The translations under genes were made by a program, and so were the position numbers. 64,000 bases of DNA, taken from the NCBI GenBank assembly GCA_040218735.1, contig JAVJQW010000050.1, forward strand, positions 192,001 through 256,000. Direction: 5' to 3'. Under the pieces are notes generated by a model. That model had not been told where the DNA came from and did no database searches. It worked only from the letters and a program-made list of their open reading frames with translations. Source of the stretch: Deltaproteobacteria bacterium (GTDB lineage Bacteria; Myxococcota; Kuafuiibacteriia; Kuafuiibacteriales; Kuafuiibacteriaceae). How positions within the stretch are numbered: the stretch's first letter is position 1; every line of letters begins with the position of its first letter. Below are positions 30,848 to 40,829 of this stretch, piece after piece.

Positions 30848-32505
30848 CGACGACGGACGAAGGCGAGCAGGCCCAGCAAGAAGATCGCGCCGAGCCCCCC
30901 GCGCGCTTGGCTCGCGTTACACCCGCACCCGCCCGTCGTGGTGGGGGTGATCGTGCCGGCGTCGGACGTCCCGGCGTCGGGGACATCGACGGCGCCCGGG
31001 CGCACGGTGATCGGGATGGAGACCGAGACCATCTCGCGGGGCGGCGCGTGCCCCAAGGCCTCCCAGACCTGCTCGAGTTTGTTGCCCTCCTCCGTCCCGT
31101 TGGCGCGCTGGAGGAGGTAACGCACGGTCTCGCCGTCGGTCGCCTGGTACATCGCACGCACCGTCACGGTGCCGGTCGTCGCCATGGGTACGTCCGGCGC
31201 GACGAGCTCGTAAGTATGGTCGTCGTAGTGGCGATACGGGCCGCTGCCGTAGTCACGCCCCGCGGGGATCATGTCGGGCCGCGAGGGGTCGGGCATGAAG
31301 CCGCGCGGCGGGAGGCGCGTGTCACTGATGATCTGGTTCATCAGGATGAGGCTGTGCTCGCGACGGCTCACGCCGTTCATCACGCGCCCGTGCTCGGTAT
31401 CGTACGAGCGGAGCTGTTCGTCGCGGACGAGGTCACCGGTCGCTTGATCCCAACGACCGGAGACGATCTGTTTGTCCTGCCCGTCCATGGTGATCGAGAC
31501 CTCCATGTAGACACGACGGCCCTCCGGATAGCCGGACGGGAGCTTGTGCCCCGTGAGGTTCGTCAGGCGCACGCCGAGGCTCGCGGTGTCGCCGGACTGA
31601 AGTGACAGGCGCTGCGATGACGGCTCGGTGATCTCCAGCGACGCCGCGCGCGCCAGCGACCGGTCGGCCCACTCGCGCGCGGCGCGTAGCTCGACGCCCG
31701 ACGGTGAGAAGACGTTGCGGTCGAGGATCGCGACCGCGTCGAGCGCGAAGCGGTTGCCGCCGACAAAGTCGTGCACCTTGAGGTCGTCGTAGACCGGCGC
31801 GCCCTCCGCGGCTTCGCCGCGCGTCGTCGTCATGTGGCAGTCGATGCAGGTCTCGCCGCCGGCCTTCGAGAAGTCGGAGTCCAACCACTCTTCGTAGGTG
31901 CGCTGCTCGTAGTAGACGACGGGGAGGACGTTGCCGTCCTCGTCGTGTCCGTCTTCCGTAGGGTTGAAGAGGCTGTGGCAGATGGCGCACGAGTCCGCGC
32001 TCGCGACGTAGCTGGTGCGAATGACCTGGTGTCCACCGCCGGGTGCGTTGCCGCGACGCGAGCGTTTCGCGGAGCGCGAAGAGATCGTGTACTGGCCGTC
32101 GCCGACGAGCGGCGGGTCGGCGGCTTCCATGCGATGGCAGATGTCGCAGGTGACGCCTTCGAGGTCGTCGGCGATCAGCGCGTCGAGGTCACCCTTCGAA
32201 CGATCGTTGAGCCAGCCGGCGGGTGCGTGGCAGCGCAGGCAGAGCTCCGACAGCTCGGGGCGATCTTCACGCGCCGCGATGAACGCCGCGCGGAACAGCG
32301 GGTCGCGTGCGGAGAGCGCCATCATCGTCGCGCGGTACGAGTGCGCCGGCCGATAGACGTCGGGGTTGTTGAAGTTGTCGTGGCAGTTACAGCTGCTCGA
32401 GGGCTCGACACCCAGGATGAGCTCGTTCGGCTGCGTCCCGCCAAGTTCGGCGCCCTGACTGGCGAGCGTCGCGCCCAGGGCGACGGCCACGAAGGTCGTC
32501 GTCAC
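30844..32505 (-). CDS. Secreted multiheme cytochrome c with MYXO-CTERM sorting tail
   Basis: Signal peptide; CLRCH, CDICH, CAICH, CIDCH plus non-canonical CNCH; GHKLPSG; tail GGCGC...TM...RRR. Confidence 0.88.
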   Translation of the reverse strand: MTTTFVAVALGATLASQGAELGGTQPNELILGVEPSSSCNCHDNFNNPDVYRPAHSYRATMMALSARDPLFRAAFIAAREDRPELSELCLRCHAPAGWLNDRSKGDLDALIADDLEGVTCDICHRMEAADPPLVGDGQYTISSRSAKRSRRGNAPGGGHQVIRTSYVASADSCAICHSLFNPTEDGHDEDGNVLPVVYYEQRTYEEWLDSDFSKAGGETCIDCHMTTTRGEAAEGAPVYDDLKVHDFVGGNRFALDAVAILDRNVFSPSGVELRAAREWADRSLARAASLEITEPSSQRLSLQSGDTASLGVRLTNLTGHKLPSGYPEGRRVYMEVSITMDGQDKQIVSGRWDQATGDLVRDEQLRSYDTEHGRVMNGVSRREHSLILMNQIISDTRLPPRGFMPDPSRPDMIPAGRDYGSGPYRHYDDHTYELVAPDVPMATTGTVTVRAMYQATDGETVRYLLQRANGTEEGNKLEQVWEALGHAPPREMVSVSIPITVRPGAVDVPDAGTSDAGTITPTTTGGCGCNASQARGGLGAIFLLGLLAFVRRR

Positions 32506-32578
32506 GGCCTGGGATCCTAGCGCAAAAAGCGAAAGTGCTGGGCATCGACCGGACGAAGGCCCTAGCTTCGTCGGCGGT

Positions 32579-33292
32579 TTGATTCAGACGTTCCACGTCA
32601 CCAAGGTCTACGACCAAGGGGATCGCCCGGCGCTCCACGACGTGAGCCTCACGATCGAAAAAGGCGAGTTCGTCTTCCTCACCGGACCATCCGGCGCGGG
32701 CAAGTCGACGCTGCTCAAGATGTTGTTCGTGGCCGAGAAGCCGACCCGCGGACAGATCTTGGTGAACGGCCGAAACGTCGCGACGCTCAAGCCGCGACAG
32801 ATTCCTCACCTCCGTCGCGAGGTGGGTGTGGTGTTCCAGGATTTCAAACTCATTCAAACGCGCACCGTCCACGAAAACGTGGCCTATGCGCTGCACGTCG
32901 TCGGGCTCCCCGAGCGCGAGATCCGTCGCCGCGTGATGCGGGTGCTCAAGGGGGTCGGTTTGTTCCACAAAGCGAACGTCCTTCCGCCCAAACTGTCCGG
33001 CGGCGAGCAGCAGCGCGTCGCGATCGCGCGCGCGCTCGTGAACGATCCGATGCTCCTCCTCGCGGACGAGCCGACCGGCAACCTCGACCGCGAGATCACC
33101 GACGAGCTCGTGAACCTCCTCGAGGACGCCAACGCACGCGGCACGACCGTGGTCGTCGCGACCCACGATCGCGACCTGATCGACCGACACCCGAAGCGGG
33201 TCATCTATCTCAAGAGCGGCGTCCTCGAGAGCACCGGGACGGGGCCGGGGGACCGCATCCCGGAGCCCACGCCGATTCGTCGCGCGCAGTGA
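32579..33292 (+). CDS. ftsE: Cell-division ATP-binding protein FtsE
   Basis: FVFLTGPSGAGKST, IPHLRREVGVVFQDFKL, LSGGEQQRVAIARALVN, ADEPTGNLD, GTTVVVATHD. Confidence 0.9.
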   Translation: MIQTFHVTKVYDQGDRPALHDVSLTIEKGEFVFLTGPSGAGKSTLLKMLFVAEKPTRGQILVNGRNVATLKPRQIPHLRREVGVVFQDFKLIQTRTVHENVAYALHVVGLPEREIRRRVMRVLKGVGLFHKANVLPPKLSGGEQQRVAIARALVNDPMLLLADEPTGNLDREITDELVNLLEDANARGTTVVVATHDRDLIDRHPKRVIYLKSGVLESTGTGPGDRIPEPTPIRRAQ

Positions 33293-33386
33293 CCGCTCCG
33301 ATCACACGTACAGAGCGCATCCGACCAACGGCCCATTTGTGCGTCAACGGGGCACCAGATCGGTCACTTCGGTCGATACTTCGCCC

Positions 33387-36300
33387 ATGCGGCGCACTAC
33401 AGGTCTCTTCAGCCTCGCTCTGATCCTCTCCGCCTGCTCCGGCGCCGAGACCCCTCCCCCCCAGAACAAGACCGCGAAAATACTCGCCTTCGTCGCCATG
33501 CCGACCACGATCGCGCTCGGCGAGGAGGTCACGTTGAGCTGGGACACCGTGGGCACGAACGGGGTCAACATCGAGCCGCGCGTCGGCCTCCAGCTCGCGA
33601 GCGGGACCGCCACCGACCGACCGTTGGTCGATACGACCTATGTCCTGACCGTTCCGGGGGGACCCGAGGATCTGCGAGCGATGGTCCAGGTTCAGGTGAC
33701 CGGGACCGTCCCCGAGGTCACGACCTTCACTGCGAACCCGCGCACGATCATGGAGAACGGATCGTCGACGCTGAGCTGGACGACGCTCATGGCGGACACC
33801 GTCGACATCGAGCCCGGTGTCGTCAGCGGCGGCATGGCCAACGGCAGCATCGAAGTCACGCCCGCGGTCACGACGACGTACCGCATCGTCGCGCGCGCCG
33901 GGGATCAAGTGTCGCCGCCGCAGGAAGTCACCGTCGTCGTCGCGAGCGGCAACCAACCCATCATCAAGACCTTCTCCGCGTCCGCCCAGACGGTGCAGGC
34001 CGGCACGCCCGTTACGCTGACTTGGGACACGAGCAACGCGGACCGCGTCGCGATCGATCAGGGCATCGGTGAACAAGCGACGATGGGCATGGTCGAGGTC
34101 ACGCCGAGCCAGACGACGACGTACACCCTCTCCGCGGTCGGCCCCGGCGGACAAGCGAACGCGTCCGTCACCGTCACGGTGATCGCCAACGGCGATCCCG
34201 AGATCACCCGCTTCGACGCCGTGCCCCCGCGCATCACGAACGGCGGCTCGAGCCAGCTGTTCTGGGACACGAACAACGCCGCGAACGTCATGATCGACAA
34301 CGGCATCGGCACGCAGCCCGCGAAGGGCGACGTGTTCGTGTCACCCGCGCAGACCACGACGTACACAATCACCGCGCTCGGTAACGGGATGCAGGTGACG
34401 CAGCAAGTGACGGTCGAAGTCGTCGCGGGCAACGAGCCGTTGATCGCGGACTTCTCGGCGAGCCCCGCCGCCGTTCTCGAGGGCGGCGCGTCCACGCTGT
34501 CGTGGACGACGATGAACGTCGCGAGCGTCGACATCGACAACGGCGTCGGCATGGGCCTGCCCGCGAACGGCACGATCGGCGTGACGCCGATGCAAACGAC
34601 GACGTACACGATCACCGCGCGCGGCATGAACGGCAGCGACGTGACCGCGCAGGTCACGGTCACCGTGACGCCGCCCCCACCCACCGTGCTCACGTTCGCG
34701 GCGCAGCCGGCGTCGGTCGTCGCGGGTGGTTCGACGACGCTGTCGTGGAACACGACGAACGCGACGAGCGTCATGATCGACAACGGCGTCGGCATGCAGT
34801 CGGCGGTCGGTCAGATCATGGTGAGCCCGGCGCAGACGACGACGTACCAGCTCACCGCGGTGGGCCCCGGTGGATCGAACACCGCGCAGGTCACCGTCAC
34901 CGTCACCGGAGCGAACGCGCCGATCATCAACACGTTCACCGGATCGCCGCAGCAGATCGCGCCGGGCGCCGCCGCGACGCTCGCGTGGGACGTGACGAAC
35001 TCGACGAGTGTGTCGATCGACAACGGCATCGGCATGCAGATGGCGACGGGCTCGGTGATGGTGTCGCCGTCGCAGACCACGACGTACACGCTCACCGCGG
35101 TCGGCGCCGGCGGCATGACGACCGCGCAGGTGACGATCACCGTCGCGTCGATCTCCGGCGACACGTGCGCGGACGCCTTCGTCATCACGCAGAGCGGGAC
35201 GTTCACGGGCAACACACAGACCGCATCGAACGACTACTCCGCTTCGAACAGCTGCACCGGCTACGCGTCGACCGGACCGGACGTCGTCTACCGCGTCACG
35301 CTGCAGGCCGGCGATCGGTTGCAGGCCTCGCTCGCGCCGTCGTCCGGCTTCTGGGACACGTCGATCTACCTCGTCACGAGCTGCTCGATGATCGCGCAGA
35401 GCTGCGTCGCGGGGCAGGACAACGGCAACCCCGAAGAGATCGACTACACGACGCTCGTGTCGGGTGACTTCTTCCTGATCGTCGACGGCTACGCGGGCGC
35501 GGGCGGCGCCTACGATCTCGACGTGACGATCGGCCCGGCGCCGATCGCAAACGACACCTGCGGCGGCGCGATCGACGTGACCGCCGGCGGCACGTTCAAC
35601 GGCAACACCACCAACGCGATGCCCGACTACAACACCGCGGGGCTCTCGGGCTGCACCGGCTTCTCGGCCGCGTCGAACGACGTCGTCTACAGCGTGGACC
35701 TCGCCGCGGGGGAGCGCCTCCAGGCCACGATGACCGCGAGCTGGGACGCGTCGCTGTACGTCGTCACCGACTGCGCGAACACCACGACCACGTGTGTCGC
35801 GGGGCAGGACGACGGCAACCCGGAGGAGGTCGACTTCACCGCGATGACGGCCGGCACGTACTTCATCATCGCCGACGGCTACAACACCGCGAGCGGCACG
35901 TTCACGCTCGACGTCACGGTGAGCCCGCCGGTCAACGGCGGCGACCAGTGCACGAACGCGGTGATGGTCGGCGTGGGTGGGGGCTCGTTCCAGTCGACGA
36001 CGGTCGGCCTCGCGAACGACTACGATCCGCCGACGTCGTGCACCGGCTACGCGCAGCCGGGCGCGGACCAGGTGTACGCGATGTCGCTGCAACCGGGTGA
36101 CGTCGTCGAAGGTGTCGTCGACTTCGAGATGGGCCTCGACGGATCGCTGTACGTCGTCACGGACTGCGCGGACCTCGGGACGTCGTGTGTGACCGGCGCG
36201 GACGACGGCGTCGACGGCGAGTCCGAAGAGGTCCGCTTCGTCGCCCAGACCGCCGGCACGTACTACGCGATCGTGGACGCCGCGTTCTCCTCGGACTCGG

Positions 36301-37130
36301 GAACACACGACCTACTGCTCGCGCAGTACGACGGCGACACCTGCGCGAACGCCGCGCCGCTGCTCACCGACGGCACCGCGGAGTGGACGACGACCGCGGG
36401 CGAGACGAACGACTACTCACCGAACTCCGGCGGGTGCACCGGCTTCACCGCGAGCGGACCGGACCGTGTCTTCTCCGTCGCGGTCACGCCCGGCGATCAG
36501 CTGCACGTGCAGTACGCGAGGAGCGCCGGCTACGACGCGTCGCTCTACGTCGTCGAGAACTGCGCCGACGTGAACGGCAGCTGCGTCGCGGGCAGCGACC
36601 GCGGCGTGAACGCAGACGAAGAAGTGGCGCCCGTCTTCGCGAGCTCCACGACGGTGTACGTGATCGCGGACGGGTTCGCGGGCGCCTCGGGCACCGCGAA
36701 CATCACCGCCGAGATCCGACGCGGCGACACCTGCGCCGACGCGTACGTGGTGCCGGAGGGCGGCGGTACATTCAATGGAACCACGTTCGGCTACGGCGCC
36801 GACCTGGGCACGAACACGAGCGCGAACAGCTGCACGAACTTCACGCAGGATGGCAACGACGCGGTCTACGCCGTCACGGTCGACGCGGGGGACACGATCA
36901 CCGCGGAGGTCACGTCGACCTGGGACGCCTCGCTCTACCTGGTCACGGACTGCGCCGCCTCGGCGACCACGTGTGTGGCCGGCCAGGACAACGGCAACCC
37001 GGAGACCATCACGTATACGAACAGCTCGGGCAGCGCGCAGACGTACTTCCTCGTCGTGGATGCGTGGCGGGCGAGCGCGGGTACCGTCGTGCGCGAGGGC
37101 AACTACACCCTCACCATCTCGACGATGTGA
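33387..37130 (+). CDS. Large surface lipoprotein: 7 Ig-like repeats plus 5 Cys-bridged PPC-like repeats
   Basis: Lipobox ILSAC; 7x (F.A.P..(I/V)..G...TL.W...QTTTY.LTA); 5x (D(T/Q)C..A...DY...SCTG....DVVY...DASLYVVT.C...CVAG.D). Confidence 0.9.
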   Translation: MRRTTGLFSLALILSACSGAETPPPQNKTAKILAFVAMPTTIALGEEVTLSWDTVGTNGVNIEPRVGLQLASGTATDRPLVDTTYVLTVPGGPEDLRAMVQVQVTGTVPEVTTFTANPRTIMENGSSTLSWTTLMADTVDIEPGVVSGGMANGSIEVTPAVTTTYRIVARAGDQVSPPQEVTVVVASGNQPIIKTFSASAQTVQAGTPVTLTWDTSNADRVAIDQGIGEQATMGMVEVTPSQTTTYTLSAVGPGGQANASVTVTVIANGDPEITRFDAVPPRITNGGSSQLFWDTNNAANVMIDNGIGTQPAKGDVFVSPAQTTTYTITALGNGMQVTQQVTVEVVAGNEPLIADFSASPAAVLEGGASTLSWTTMNVASVDIDNGVGMGLPANGTIGVTPMQTTTYTITARGMNGSDVTAQVTVTVTPPPPTVLTFAAQPASVVAGGSTTLSWNTTNATSVMIDNGVGMQSAVGQIMVSPAQTTTYQLTAVGPGGSNTAQVTVTVTGANAPIINTFTGSPQQIAPGAAATLAWDVTNSTSVSIDNGIGMQMATGSVMVSPSQTTTYTLTAVGAGGMTTAQVTITVASISGDTCADAFVITQSGTFTGNTQTASNDYSASNSCTGYASTGPDVVYRVTLQAGDRLQASLAPSSGFWDTSIYLVTSCSMIAQSCVAGQDNGNPEEIDYTTLVSGDFFLIVDGYAGAGGAYDLDVTIGPAPIANDTCGGAIDVTAGGTFNGNTTNAMPDYNTAGLSGCTGFSAASNDVVYSVDLAAGERLQATMTASWDASLYVVTDCANTTTTCVAGQDDGNPEEVDFTAMTAGTYFIIADGYNTASGTFTLDVTVSPPVNGGDQCTNAVMVGVGGGSFQSTTVGLANDYDPPTSCTGYAQPGADQVYAMSLQPGDVVEGVVDFEMGLDGSLYVVTDCADLGTSCVTGADDGVDGESEEVRFVAQTAGTYYAIVDAAFSSDSGTHDLLLAQYDGDTCANAAPLLTDGTAEWTTTAGETNDYSPNSGGCTGFTASGPDRVFSVAVTPGDQLHVQYARSAGYDASLYVVENCADVNGSCVAGSDRGVNADEEVAPVFASSTTVYVIADGFAGASGTANITAEIRRGDTCADAYVVPEGGGTFNGTTFGYGADLGTNTSANSCTNFTQDGNDAVYAVTVDAGDTITAEVTSTWDASLYLVTDCAASATTCVAGQDNGNPETITYTNSSGSAQTYFLVVDAWRASAGTVVREGNYTLTISTM

Positions 37131-37285
37131 CGACCGAAAAACACGTCGGGATCGGCTGCGCCTCATCCGCGGTCGAAGACGGCGACGAGACTACATACGA
37201 AGGCAACGCGCCCTCGCGTTCGTGATGTCAGGGCTTTACGGGTGCCCGAAGGCGACGCGGTGACCGAGACCGCAGAGGCGGGATC

Positions 37286-37328
37286 GCTCGGCGTGTTCCT
37301 CCGGCGATGCCGGAGGAACCACGCGAGC
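37286..37328. terminator. Stable hairpin between convergent genes
   Basis: Perfect core GTTCCTCCGGC-GAT-GCCGGAGGAAC with extended outer pairing. Confidence 0.6.
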
Positions 37329-37334
37329 CCGTTG

Positions 37335-37769
37335 TTACTCGGGGAAGATGTACTGCGGGCAGTTGCCCGAGTTCAGGTGGCCGGAGATGTTCCAGATCCC
37401 GTCCACGAAGCAGAGGTAGACACTCCCCTGCGGGTTGTCCGCGCTCGCGGCGAACTCGCACGCGTCGGCGCCCGTCGTGGACGACGCGACCACGCGAAGG
37501 TCGTAGATGCCGCAATCGAGCGAGATCGAAGCCTCCGCGTCCGGCGCGAGGCTGCTGCCGATCAGGTTCTCGTAATCCCCAGAGGCCTCCCCGAAGGTCA
37601 TTTCGCCCCCTTCGGAAGAGAACTCGCTGCCCTCTTCGCCCCGGTAGCGGACCGAAACTTCCTCGACGGTCAGACCGCTGTCGTTCACGATCGTCTCGGT
37701 CGGGCCAACATTCGAGCAGGCGGTAGCAAGGCCTAGAGCGGCCAGAAACGTCACTTGAGCCCTATTCAT
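37335..37769 (-). CDS. Small hypothetical lipoprotein
   Basis: Lipobox LGLATAC; GGGAG RBS; four additional Cys. Confidence 0.75.
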   Translation of the reverse strand: MNRAQVTFLAALGLATACSNVGPTETIVNDSGLTVEEVSVRYRGEEGSEFSSEGGEMTFGEASGDYENLIGSSLAPDAEASISLDCGIYDLRVVASSTTGADACEFAASADNPQGSVYLCFVDGIWNISGHLNSGNCPQYIFPE

Positions 37770-38003
37770 CTCAACTCCCAGGCGCCGATGCGCGTCAGAT
37801 AATCCACCACCGATCCCCGCCCAAAACCCCTTGGGACGAATCCGGTCTCGTTGGCGTCCGGACGGAACGGTTATGTCGGTCCAGCGGGCGAGTCAAGACA
37901 CCCATTACATACCGAACAGTTCGTACCTCGCGGTAATCACTCCGAGTTCGCGTTTGGCCCGCCCTTGACCTGATCGCCGAAGCGGGCGAGAGAGCCCCTG
38001 CGC

Positions 38004-38022
38004 TGTGACACCACGATGACAC
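38004..38022 (-). promoter_or_regulatory. Pho-box/OmpR-type direct repeat
   Basis: Minus strand GTGTCAT-CGTG-GTGTCAC, 11-bp period, similar to the CTGTCAT-N4-CTGTCAY consensus. Confidence 0.45.
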
Positions 38023-38882
38023 GCTCAACACATTGCGGAGATATTCCGCGGACGCAGCCAGGCTCGACGACGATCCGGAGGATCGTCGCGGGGAAGACCG
38101 CCCGCAGGATCGTCGCGGGTGCGATCGCCGTCGCGGCCCTCGGCCTGCCGATCCCCCACACGGAGGCGGGTGACCTCGATCGGGCGATCCAGCTGGTCCT
38201 CAAGATGAATACGGCTGCAGCGCAGTCGCAGAAGAAGGTCGACAAGCTCGACGACCAGAAGACGGACCTGCTGAACGAGTTCCGAGCCGTGCAGCAGCAG
38301 ATGGCTTCGATCCGGGATTACAACGCCCAGGTCCAATCGCTGGTCGACGCCCAGGAGACCCAGGCGAACGACCTGCAGCGCCAGATCGACGACGCCACGT
38401 CGGTCGGACGGGGTGTGACCCCGATGATGCTGCGGATGATCGAGTCGCTCAAAGCGTTCGTGGACCTCGACGCGCCCTTCCTCCTCGAGGAGCGGCGCTC
38501 GCGCGTCACGCAGCTCGAGAAGCTCATGGCCCGCGCGGACGTCACCGAAGCGGAGAAGTACCGGCGGATCACCGAGGCCTACCAGATCGAAAACGAGTAC
38601 GGCCGCACCATCGAGGCCTACCGCGGCACCCTGGAGGGTGAGGGGAGCGACGGTCGTACGGTCGAGTTCCTCCGCGTCGGCCGCGTCGTCCTCGTGTACC
38701 GCACGTTCGACGGCGAAGAGCTCGGCGTCTGGGACCAGACCAACCGCAAGTGGGTCCCGCTCGGCGCCGACTACAAGAAGGCGATCAAGGACGGCTTCCG
38801 GATCGCTCGCAAGCAGGCCGCGCCGAACCTCTTCCGCGTGCCGGTCGCCGCGCCGCAGAAGGCGCAGGAGGCCACGCCGTGA
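38016..38882 (+). CDS. DUF3450 family protein (TtpB-like)
   Basis: Signal-like segment, coiled coil, DAPFLLEERRSR, AEKYRRITEAYQIENEYGRTIEAY, FLRVGRVVLVY. Confidence 0.88.
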   Translation: MTRSTHCGDIPRTQPGSTTIRRIVAGKTARRIVAGAIAVAALGLPIPHTEAGDLDRAIQLVLKMNTAAAQSQKKVDKLDDQKTDLLNEFRAVQQQMASIRDYNAQVQSLVDAQETQANDLQRQIDDATSVGRGVTPMMLRMIESLKAFVDLDAPFLLEERRSRVTQLEKLMARADVTEAEKYRRITEAYQIENEYGRTIEAYRGTLEGEGSDGRTVEFLRVGRVVLVYRTFDGEELGVWDQTNRKWVPLGADYKKAIKDGFRIARKQAAPNLFRVPVAAPQKAQEATP

Positions 38883-40303
38883 AACATCGCATCCTCTGCA
38901 GCAGCCTCCTCGCGCTCGGCCTCGCCGCTCCGACGGCGGCGCGCGCGCAAGCGCCCTCGCTCGACGCCCTCCTCGCGAAGGTGAAGAAGGGCTACCGCGA
39001 AGACGGCAAGGAACTCGCCGCGCGCGAGGCCGAGTTCAAGCGCGACCGCGACAAACAAGCCAAGCTCCTCGCGGACGCGAAGAAGGCGCTCGCCGCCGCC
39101 GAGGCGCGCAGCACCGCGCTCGAGCGCAAGTTCCAGGACAACGAGGTTCGGCTCACGGAGCTCGAGGCCACGCTGCGCACGCGCCTCGGCACGATGGGTG
39201 AGCTGTTCGGTGTCGTGCGTCAGGTCGCGGGCGACACGGTCGTCCAGCTCGACACGTCGATGGTGAGCTCGCAGCTCCCGGGCCGCGGGGCGAAGATCGA
39301 AAAGCTCGCGCAGAGCGAAGCGCTCCCCTCGATCCAGGAGCTCGAGCACCTGTGGTTCACGCTGCAGCAGGAGATGACGGAGTCCGGCAAGGTCGTTCGG
39401 TACTCCGCGACGGTCATCGACGACGTCGGCAAGAAGACGCAGCAGGAGGTCGTCCGCGTCGGCACGTTCAACGCGATCGGCAACGGCGGCTACCTGCAGT
39501 ACCTCCCCGACGTCCAGCAGCTCGCCGTGCTCGCAAGGCAGCCTGCGGATCGTTACCTCTCCGCGGTGCGCGAGCTCGAAGGCTCCAGCTCGGGCTTCGT
39601 CCGCTTCCCGCTCGATCCTTCACGCGGCGCGATCCTCGGACTGTTGATCGAGACGCCGAGCGTCGAAGAGCGCGTGCAGCTCGGTGGTGTCATCGGCTAC
39701 GTCGTGCTCGGCCTCGGCGCGTTCGCGCTGTTGATCGGCCTGCTGCGGTTCTTCGGGCTGCTGCTCACGGACATGAAGATCCGCGCGCAGCTTCGGAGCA
39801 AGACCGCCAACGACAACAACCCGGTCGGTCGTGTGCTCAAGGCATTCGAAGCGAACCGCCACCTGAGCCTCGAAGACCTCGAGCGCAAGCTCGACGAAGT
39901 CATCGTGCGCGAAGCCGCCCGCCTCGATCGGTTCCTGTGGATCGTGAAGGTCGTCGCGGTCTCCGCACCGCTGCTCGGTCTGCTCGGCACCGTCACCGGC
40001 ATGATCCGCACGTTCCAGGCGATCACGCTGTTCGGCACCGGCGATCCGAAGCTGATGGCCGGCGGCATCTCCGAGGCGCTCGTCACCACGATGCTCGGGC
40101 TCGTCACCGCGATCCCGCTCGTCCTGATCCACGCGATGCTCCAGAACCTGAGCCGTCGGATGCAGGACATCGTCGACGAGCAGGCCGCCGGGGTCGTCGC
40201 GACGCGCGCCGAGGAAAACGCCGCGCCCAAGGCGCCGCCGCCGCCCGCTGCGCCGCCTGCGCCGCCGGCCGCGCCGGTCCCCGCCGGGGGGGTGGATGCC
40301 TAG
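38879..40303 (+). CDS. TtpC-like long MotA/TolQ/ExbB proton-channel protein
   Basis: Signal peptide, coiled coil, LGTMGELFGVVRQ, VVRVGTFN, LDPSRG, APLLGLLGTVTGMI.TFQAITLFGTGDPKLMAGGIS.ALVTT; GTGA overlap. Confidence 0.9.
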   Translation: MKHRILCSSLLALGLAAPTAARAQAPSLDALLAKVKKGYREDGKELAAREAEFKRDRDKQAKLLADAKKALAAAEARSTALERKFQDNEVRLTELEATLRTRLGTMGELFGVVRQVAGDTVVQLDTSMVSSQLPGRGAKIEKLAQSEALPSIQELEHLWFTLQQEMTESGKVVRYSATVIDDVGKKTQQEVVRVGTFNAIGNGGYLQYLPDVQQLAVLARQPADRYLSAVRELEGSSSGFVRFPLDPSRGAILGLLIETPSVEERVQLGGVIGYVVLGLGAFALLIGLLRFFGLLLTDMKIRAQLRSKTANDNNPVGRVLKAFEANRHLSLEDLERKLDEVIVREAARLDRFLWIVKVVAVSAPLLGLLGTVTGMIRTFQAITLFGTGDPKLMAGGISEALVTTMLGLVTAIPLVLIHAMLQNLSRRMQDIVDEQAAGVVATRAEENAAPKAPPPPAAPPAPPAAPVPAGGVDA

Positions 40304-40820
40304 CTTCGCCGATCTCTACGAGGAGTTCCTCGCGTTCATGGACCTCGGCGGTGCCGTGGCCTGGCCGCTGCTCTTCGTGACTTTGATGATGTGGACGCTG
40401 ATCGTCGATCGCTTCTGGTACGTCTGGCTCAACCACCCGAAGGTCCGGAAGCGGATCGTCGGCGAGTGGACGGCCCGCGCCGAGCGCGACTCCTGGTACG
40501 CGAACCACATCCGGCGGCGCCTCATCTCCGAGGCGATGGTCGACTACAAGCGCGGCCTCATCGTGCTGCAGTCGCTCGTCGCGGTGTGCCCGCTCCTCGG
40601 TCTGCTCGGCACCGTGATGGGGATGCTCGAAGTGTTCGACGTCGTCGCGGTCTCCGGTAACGGCAACGTCCGCGCGATGGCGGCGGGCGTCTCCGAAGCC
40701 ACCGTCTCCACCATGATCGGCATGGTCATCGCGCTGTCCGGTCTCTACTTCCAAGAGCGACTGCGCCGCGGCGCGAACGCCGAGCGTCGTCGTCTCGAAG
40801 ACGCGCTGCCCACGACCTGA
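40296..40820 (+). CDS. exbB: ExbB (TonB2-type short MotA/TolQ/ExbB)
   Basis: CPLLGLLGTVMGM..VFDV, MAAGVSEATVSTM.G. Confidence 0.9.
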   Translation: MPSFADLYEEFLAFMDLGGAVAWPLLFVTLMMWTLIVDRFWYVWLNHPKVRKRIVGEWTARAERDSWYANHIRRRLISEAMVDYKRGLIVLQSLVAVCPLLGLLGTVMGMLEVFDVVAVSGNGNVRAMAAGVSEATVSTMIGMVIALSGLYFQERLRRGANAERRRLEDALPTT

Positions 40821-40829
40821 GGTCCATCG

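Noticed and set aside
37127-37225. 32-codon ORF overlapping the stop of the large lipoprotein
   Set aside because: Too short, with no motif and weak codon bias.
37770-38015. Cobalamin/TPP riboswitch or Fur box upstream of the TonB operon
   Set aside because: No conserved riboswitch or GATAATGAT-like motif recognised; an Rfam scan would be decisive.
38076-38120. Short duplication encoding RRIVAG twice
   Set aside because: Two-copy in-frame duplication in a signal-peptide region; probably neutral.
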